Origin: Gammaproteobacteria bacterium
Lineage (GTDB): Bacteria > Pseudomonadota > Gammaproteobacteria > Pseudomonadales > M0112
Reading direction: 5' to 3'
Assembly: GCA_006227085.1 (NCBI GenBank)
Contig: SBFY01000117.1
Coordinates: forward strand, 1-38,008
Length of the DNA stretch: 38,008 bases
Below the pieces are notes generated by a model. That model ran no database searches. It was given only the letters and a program-made list of their open reading frames with translations, and was not told where the DNA came from. Positions 30,068-38,008 of the stretch are shown piece by piece (position 1 is the stretch's first letter; the number at the start of each line of letters is the position of its first letter). The translations under genes and the position numbers were made by a program.

Positions 30068-30293
30068 GCTTCAGGTGCCTGTTGATCCATTCCGGATTGG
30101 CAGGTGAAACGGGAAGCCGGTGCGCCAGGCCTTCGGTCCTGGTTATCCCGGCACTGCCCCCGCAACGGTAAATGAGTCAATGCTGGCTTTTTGCCACTGT
30201 GCATTCGCATGGGAAGGCGCCAGTATCGCAGTGCGAACTCATGAGTCCGGAGACCGGCCTGCTGCCAGCTGCAAATGCCACGGGGGGTGGCAT
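30068..30293 (+). ncRNA. Cobalamin (AdoCbl) riboswitch
   Basis: AGGTGC..., AAACGGGAAGCCGGTG, CTGCCCCCGCAACGGTAA, GCCACTG..GGGAAGG, B12-box AGTCCGGAGACCGGCC; hairpin ATGCCAC-GGGGG-GTGGCAT complementary to the CCCCC loop; upstream of btuB. Confidence 0.96.
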
Positions 30294-30379
30294 CGTTCGC
30301 GGTATTCATGCCTTGTGACGACCTCCTGCGTGGTGAACCCAACCTGGATGCGCTCGGGTGAGAGCGCAGGAGCATGCAT

Positions 30380-32221
30380 ATGATTTCCCTTCGTTCATGG
30401 CTGGCGGTCTCGCTGGCTTGCTTGTCTTTATCCCTGCAGGCGGCTGATGCGCCTGCCAAGATGGAAACCACGCTGGTCACGGCCACGCGTACCCCGGTAG
30501 CCATGTCATCGGTGCTGCAGCCGGTCACTGTCATCACGGCAGATGATATCCAGCGGCTGCAGGCTGTCTCGTTGATGGATGTGTTGCGTGGTAATGCCGG
30601 TGTGACCGTGGTGAACAATGGTGGTCCCGGCAAGAACACATCAGTATTCCTGCGTGGCATGGAAGCGGACCAGCTGCTGGTGCTGGTCGATGGTGTGAAA
30701 ATGGGCTCGGCCACGGTAGGTGGTGCGGCGTTCCAGGATATCCCGGTGGAATTGATTGATCGCATCGAGATTGTGCGCGGCCCACGCTCTGGGCTGTATG
30801 GCTCTGAGGCCATGGGTGGTGTGATCCAGGTCTTTACCAAGCAAGGTGGTGAAGGCGTGAAGCCCTCCTTCTCGGTGACCGCCGGAACACACGACACCAC
30901 GCGCGTGCATGCTGGTGTGTCCGGCGGTGATGGCAAGCTTTGGTACAACGCCAATGCCGGCTATGAGAACACGGGTGGCTTCAACAGTTGCCGTTTGAAT
31001 ACCACCGGCAGTTTTACCTGCATGCCCGGTGAATATGAACCGGATGATGACGGGTATCGCAACGTTTCCGGCTCGTTTGCCATGGGTTATCGCATCGATG
31101 AGAAAACCGATGTTGCCGTGAACTGGTTGCGCACCGAAGGTGATAACGAATACGACGGTTCTTACGCCAATGAAAGCGAAACCAGCCAAACGGTGTATGG
31201 TGCCAAGGTGCGATTTGCGCCGGCGGATTTCTGGCAGGTGAGCGTGTCCGGTGGTTATAACGAAGATGCGTCGGACGATTTCTGGAATGGCCTGTTTGTG
31301 TCGCGTTTTGTGACCGAACGGCAAACCGGTGCCTGGCAGAATGATTTCCAGCTGGCGAAGGATCACCTGTTGACCATCGGTGGTGATTACCAGAATGACC
31401 GGGTGGACAGCAATACGCCGTTTGCGGTCGACTCACGCAAGAACACGGCCGGTTTTATCCAGTACCAGGGTGGGCTGTCATTCGTTGATGTGCAGGCATC
31501 CCTGCGGCAGGACGACAACGAGCAGTTCGGTCATCATGACACCGGTTCGTTCGCGTTGGGCTTTGGCCTGGCTGAAGGCTTGCGGTTGGTGACCTCATAC
31601 GGCACAGCGTTCAAGGCGCCAACATTCAACGAGTTGTATTACCCGTTTTTTGGTAACCCGAACCTGAAGCCGGAAGATTCGGAGAGCGTTGAAATCTCAT
31701 TGAAAGGTGAGGAGGCCTGGGGGCACTGGGAAGCCAATGTGTTCCAGACCGATATCGATGACCTGATTGCCTACGACAGCACGATTTTCTTGCCGAACAA
31801 TATTGATGAAGCACGTATTCGTGGTGTGGAAGGCGTGATCGGCTTCCAGTATGACGGTTGGTTTATCAATACGGCCCTGACCTTGCTGGAGCCGGAAATC
31901 GGCAGCGGTGTTAATGAAGGCAATACCTTGCCGCGCCGGGCCGAGCAAAGCCTGCGTGTCGATGTCGACAAGGATTTCGGGCGCTGGAGCCTGGGTGGAT
32001 CGGTGGTGGGCGAGCGTCACCGTTGGGATGACCTGGCCAATACCCGTGACCTGGGTGGCTATGCCACGGTGGACCTGCGCGCCGAATATGCCTTGTCGGA
32101 CGACTGGCGTGTGCAAGTGCGTGCCGAAAACCTGTTCAACAAGGAATATGAAACGGCGGAGTTCTATCCGCAGCCGGGGCAGGCGTTTTACCTGACCGTG
32201 CGTTACCAGCCGGGACGCTGA
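30380..32221 (+). CDS. btuB: TonB-dependent vitamin B12 receptor
   Basis: Signal peptide; TonB box ETTLVTATR; IDRIEIVRGPRSGLYGSEAMGGVIQVFT; YGTAFKAPT; ENLFNKEY; riboswitch upstream; AGGAG RBS. Confidence 0.93.
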   Translation: MISLRSWLAVSLACLSLSLQAADAPAKMETTLVTATRTPVAMSSVLQPVTVITADDIQRLQAVSLMDVLRGNAGVTVVNNGGPGKNTSVFLRGMEADQLLVLVDGVKMGSATVGGAAFQDIPVELIDRIEIVRGPRSGLYGSEAMGGVIQVFTKQGGEGVKPSFSVTAGTHDTTRVHAGVSGGDGKLWYNANAGYENTGGFNSCRLNTTGSFTCMPGEYEPDDDGYRNVSGSFAMGYRIDEKTDVAVNWLRTEGDNEYDGSYANESETSQTVYGAKVRFAPADFWQVSVSGGYNEDASDDFWNGLFVSRFVTERQTGAWQNDFQLAKDHLLTIGGDYQNDRVDSNTPFAVDSRKNTAGFIQYQGGLSFVDVQASLRQDDNEQFGHHDTGSFALGFGLAEGLRLVTSYGTAFKAPTFNELYYPFFGNPNLKPEDSESVEISLKGEEAWGHWEANVFQTDIDDLIAYDSTIFLPNNIDEARIRGVEGVIGFQYDGWFINTALTLLEPEIGSGVNEGNTLPRRAEQSLRVDVDKDFGRWSLGGSVVGERHRWDDLANTRDLGGYATVDLRAEYALSDDWRVQVRAENLFNKEYETAEFYPQPGQAFYLTVRYQPGR

Positions 32222-32246
32222 TCCCGCTGTCTCATCGTAAAGGTGG

Positions 32247-32282
32247 GCGTATCGGGCAGCCAGTGGCTGCCCGAATGCTTTG
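32247..32282 (+). terminator. Probable terminator hairpin after btuB
   Basis: TCGGGCAGCC-AGT-GGCTGCCCGA 10-bp stem, short T run downstream. Confidence 0.55.
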
Positions 32283-32368
32283 GGGATGTCGTGGTGGCCT
32301 GTTTTGGCTGGAGGCAGGGAGCGGCATCGGTTAGAATGGCCGCCGTTTTTCACTGTCCGGCCGCTGTC

Positions 32369-33464
32369 ATGGAAATCAACCCGCTGATCAATGCCCTCGA
32401 AGACCTGCGTGAGCGTACGGAAGTGCTCAGGGGGTATCTTTGACTATGCCAATCGCAAGGACCGGCTCGCCGAAGTAGAGCTGGAGCTGGCCGAGCCGGG
32501 GGTATGGGAAGACCCCGAACGCGCCCAGGCGCTCGGCAAGGAGCGTTCGGCACTGGAGGCCGTGGTCAAGACGATCGATGAGCTGGACCAGGGCATCACC
32601 GATAACGGTGACCTGCTGGAGATGGCGCGCGAGGAAAATGACGAAGACACGCTGAAGGCGATTGACAGCGATATCGCCAAGCTGGAGTCGAGTCTCGCCA
32701 CACTGGAATTCCGCCGCATGTTCTCTGGCGAGATGGATGCCAATAACGCGTTCCTCGATATCCAGTCCGGTTCGGGTGGTACCGAGGCGCAGGACTGGGC
32801 GGAAATGCTGCTGCGCATGTACCTGCGCTGGGGTGAGGATCACGGTTTCAAGACGGAATTGCTGGAAGCCTCGGCCGGTGAAGTGGCTGGCATCAAGAGT
32901 GCCACGGTGCGCTTTGAAGGTGAATATGCCTATGGCTGGCTGCGCACGGAAACGGGCGTGCACCGGCTGGTGCGCAAATCACCGTTTGATTCCGGTAATC
33001 GCCGTCATACCTCGTTTTCGGCCGTGTTTGTCTCGCCGGAAGTGGATGACGACATCGAAATCGAAATCAATCCGGCCGATGTGCGCACTGACACCTACCG
33101 GGCGTCAGGCGCCGGTGGCCAGCACGTCAACAAAACCGATTCAGCTGTGCGCCTGACGCACATCCCGACCAATACCGTGGTGTCGTGCCAGACGGAACGT
33201 TCCCAGCACCAGAACCGTGATCGGGCCTGGAAAATGCTGCGTGCCAAGTTGTATGAACTGGAAATGCAGAAGCGCCGTTCCGAGCAGCAGAAGCTGGAAG
33301 ACAGCAAGTCGGATATTGGCTGGGGCAGCCAGATCCGCTCGTATGTACTGGATGATGCGCGCATCAAGGATTTACGCACCGGCGTGGAAACCCGCAACAC
33401 CCAGGCTGTCCTCGATGGCAAACTGGATCCGTTTATTGAAGCGTCCCTGAAGCAGGGCTTGTAA
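32369..33464 (+). CDS. prfB: Peptide chain release factor 2 (programmed +1 frameshift)
   Basis: MEINP...LRGYL in frame 0, then AGGGGG-TAT-CTT-TGA-C at 32429-32444, continuing DYANRK... in +1; SPF and GGQ motifs. Confidence 0.98.
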
Positions 33465-33475
33465 GGTCGAGAGTC

Positions 33476-34981
33476 ATGTCTGAACAACACAATGAGAACC
33501 ACCTGATTGCCGAGCGTCGCCAGAAGTTGGCGCAATTACGCCAGCAAGGTGTGGCATTCCCGAACCAGTACCGCCGCGATAGCCTGGCGCAAGCCTTGCA
33601 GGCAGAACTGGGTGACAAGGAAAAGGCGGAGCTGGAACAGCTGGATCGCCAGGCTGCAGTGGCGGGGCGCATCATGGCGCGCCGTGGCCCGTTCCTGGTG
33701 CTGCAGGATGCCAGCGGTCGTATCCAGCTGTATGCCGACAAGGATTTGCCGGAAGCGGTGCTGGCTGGCATCAAGGGTTGGGATATCGGCGATATCGTCT
33801 GGGTGAAGGGGCCCGTGCACAAATCCGGTAAGGGCGATTTGTATGTCTATATCCGCGAAGCCCATCTGTTGACCAAATCCCTGCGCCCGTTACCGGATAA
33901 ATGGCATGGCCTGACCGATACCGAAACCCGTTACCGCCAGCGTTATGTGGATCTCATCATGAACGACGAGGCGCGGCGCGTGTTCCGTACCCGTTCGATC
34001 GTTATCGACGCCATCCGTGATTACCTGACCGATCGTGATTTCCTGGAAGTGGAGACGCCCATGCTGCACCCGATTCCGGGTGGTGCTGCCGCGCGTCCGT
34101 TTGTCACGCACCACAATGCGCTCGACCTGGAAATGTTCCTGCGTATCGCACCGGAGCTGTACCTGAAGCGGTTGGTGGTGGGTGGCTTTGAACGCGTGTT
34201 TGAAATCAACCGCAATTTCCGTAACGAAGGCCTGTCAACGCGCCATAATCCTGAATTCACCATGATCGAGTTCTACCAGGCCTATGCCGATTACCGTGAT
34301 CTCATGGATACCACGGAAGACATGTTGCGTTATGTGACCCAGCGTGCCTTGGGGACCACGCAATTTGTGAATACCCATCGTGACATGCATGGCGAAGTCA
34401 CACGCACGGTGCATTACGATTTTGCGCAGCCTTTTGCCCGTATGAGCGTGTTTGATTCGGTGTTGCACTTCAATCCGGAGATCACGGCGGAGCAGTTGTC
34501 AGACATGGCTTCAGCGACGGCGATCGCGAAAAAACTCGGCATTGATGTGAAGCCGGGTTGGGGGCTGGGCAAGGTGCAGACCATGATCTTTGAGGAAACG
34601 GTTGAGCATCGACTGGAGCAGCCGACATTCATCACCGAATACCCGACAGAAGTGTCACCGTTGGCACGTCGTAATGATGACAATCCGGCCGTCACCGACC
34701 GGTTCGAGTTTTTTGTCGGTGGCCGTGAGTTGGCTAACGGTTTCTCCGAGTTGAATGATGCCGAGGATCAGGCCGAACGTTTCCGCAAGCAGGTGGAAGA
34801 AAAAGAAGCGGGTGATGACGAAGCCATGCATTTTGATGCCGACTATGTCACCGCGCTGGAATATGGTTTGCCGCCCACTGCCGGCGAAGGCATTGGTATC
34901 GACCGATTGGTGATGCTGTTGACCGATTCGGCTTCCATCCGTGATGTGTTGCTGTTCCCGCATATGCGACCGCTGGGTTAA
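33476..34981 (+). CDS. lysS: Lysine--tRNA ligase (class II)
   Basis: [46 protein letters not shown]. Confidence 0.99.
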   Translation: MSEQHNENHLIAERRQKLAQLRQQGVAFPNQYRRDSLAQALQAELGDKEKAELEQLDRQAAVAGRIMARRGPFLVLQDASGRIQLYADKDLPEAVLAGIKGWDIGDIVWVKGPVHKSGKGDLYVYIREAHLLTKSLRPLPDKWHGLTDTETRYRQRYVDLIMNDEARRVFRTRSIVIDAIRDYLTDRDFLEVETPMLHPIPGGAAARPFVTHHNALDLEMFLRIAPELYLKRLVVGGFERVFEINRNFRNEGLSTRHNPEFTMIEFYQAYADYRDLMDTTEDMLRYVTQRALGTTQFVNTHRDMHGEVTRTVHYDFAQPFARMSVFDSVLHFNPEITAEQLSDMASATAIAKKLGIDVKPGWGLGKVQTMIFEETVEHRLEQPTFITEYPTEVSPLARRNDDNPAVTDRFEFFVGGRELANGFSELNDAEDQAERFRKQVEEKEAGDDEAMHFDADYVTALEYGLPPTAGEGIGIDRLVMLLTDSASIRDVLLFPHMRPLG

Positions 34982-34987
34982 TGGTGC

Positions 34988-35023
34988 GCATAAAAAAGCC
35001 GGCATTTGCCGGCTTTTTTATGC
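34988..35023. terminator. Bidirectional Rho-independent terminator
   Basis: GCATAAAAAAGCCGGC-ATTT-GCCGGCTTTTTTATGC perfect 16-bp inverted repeat between convergent genes. Confidence 0.93.
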
Positions 35024-35031
35024 CTGTCTTG

Positions 35032-35409
35032 TCACAGGAAAAATAATGGCAGGTGAGTCCTGGCGACCCCGGCGATATACACAAACGTTGCAATCGCCAG
35101 CAACCAGGCCGCGATACGCACCGGTTTGCTTTTGCCGAAACGCAATGCGACCAGTCCCAGTCCGATGTACACCAGCAGGCCGATGACTTTTGCCGTCAGC
35201 CAGTCGGTGGTAAACGGGTATTGCTGGATGCTGATGGCCAGGTAGGCGGCACTGCACAGCAGGATGGTGTCGTTCACATGCGGCAGGATCTTGACCAGTT
35301 TGTGTTTCATCCAGCCGGCATCATTGATCATGCCAATGCCACGAATGATGAAACCCACGATGGAAATGACGGCAGTCAACATGTGCAGGTGTTTGATGGC
35401 GATATACAT
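35032..35409 (-). CDS. SirB2 family membrane protein
   Basis: KHLH, KILPHVNDTILL, WLTAK..LLVYIGLG. Confidence 0.9.
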   Translation of the reverse strand: MYIAIKHLHMLTAVISIVGFIIRGIGMINDAGWMKHKLVKILPHVNDTILLCSAAYLAISIQQYPFTTDWLTAKVIGLLVYIGLGLVALRFGKSKPVRIAAWLLAIATFVYIAGVARTHLPLFFL

Positions 35410-35412
35410 GGT

Positions 35413-38008
<2,596 letters not shown>

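Noticed and set aside
34360..34425. Short insertion in LysS ([17 protein letters not shown]) relative to E. coli
   Set aside because: Variable surface loop with no intein or other motif; probably a lineage signature only.

Overview
Gammaproteobacterial chromosome segment (Pseudomonadales/Cellvibrionales/Oceanospirillales-like gene order, inferred). It is mostly housekeeping: tRNA-Leu(CAA), queA-tgt, a CNNM transporter and ypjD, ffh, rpsP-rimM-trmD-rplS, xerD-dsbC-alaC-hom-thrC-recJ, frameshifted prfB, lysS, a SirB2-family gene, xseA and partial guaB. Two accessory-looking blocks stand out. (1) At 1-8630, two different ketosteroid-dehydrogenase-family flavoproteins (one with a Tat signal) and an EXPERA (TMEM97/EBP-like) membrane protein are interleaved with a DUF1631-PilZ pair behind a consensus CRP/Vfr box. 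(2) At about 25400-32300, between recJ and prfB, lie a lipoprotein resembling the eukaryote-associated FBXO31/EXECUTER (DUF3506) domain, an orphan MenA/UBIAD1-type prenyltransferase, DUF1499, a Sec-type copAB, a Cys-rich lipoprotein and a cobalamin riboswitch-btuB. I saw no transposase, phage integrase, CRISPR array or defence system. All family calls come from motif recognition by eye, not database searches. The best candidates for something undescribed are the possible envelope-localised steroid module and the DUF3506-MenA-DUF1499 unit; both are hypotheses.
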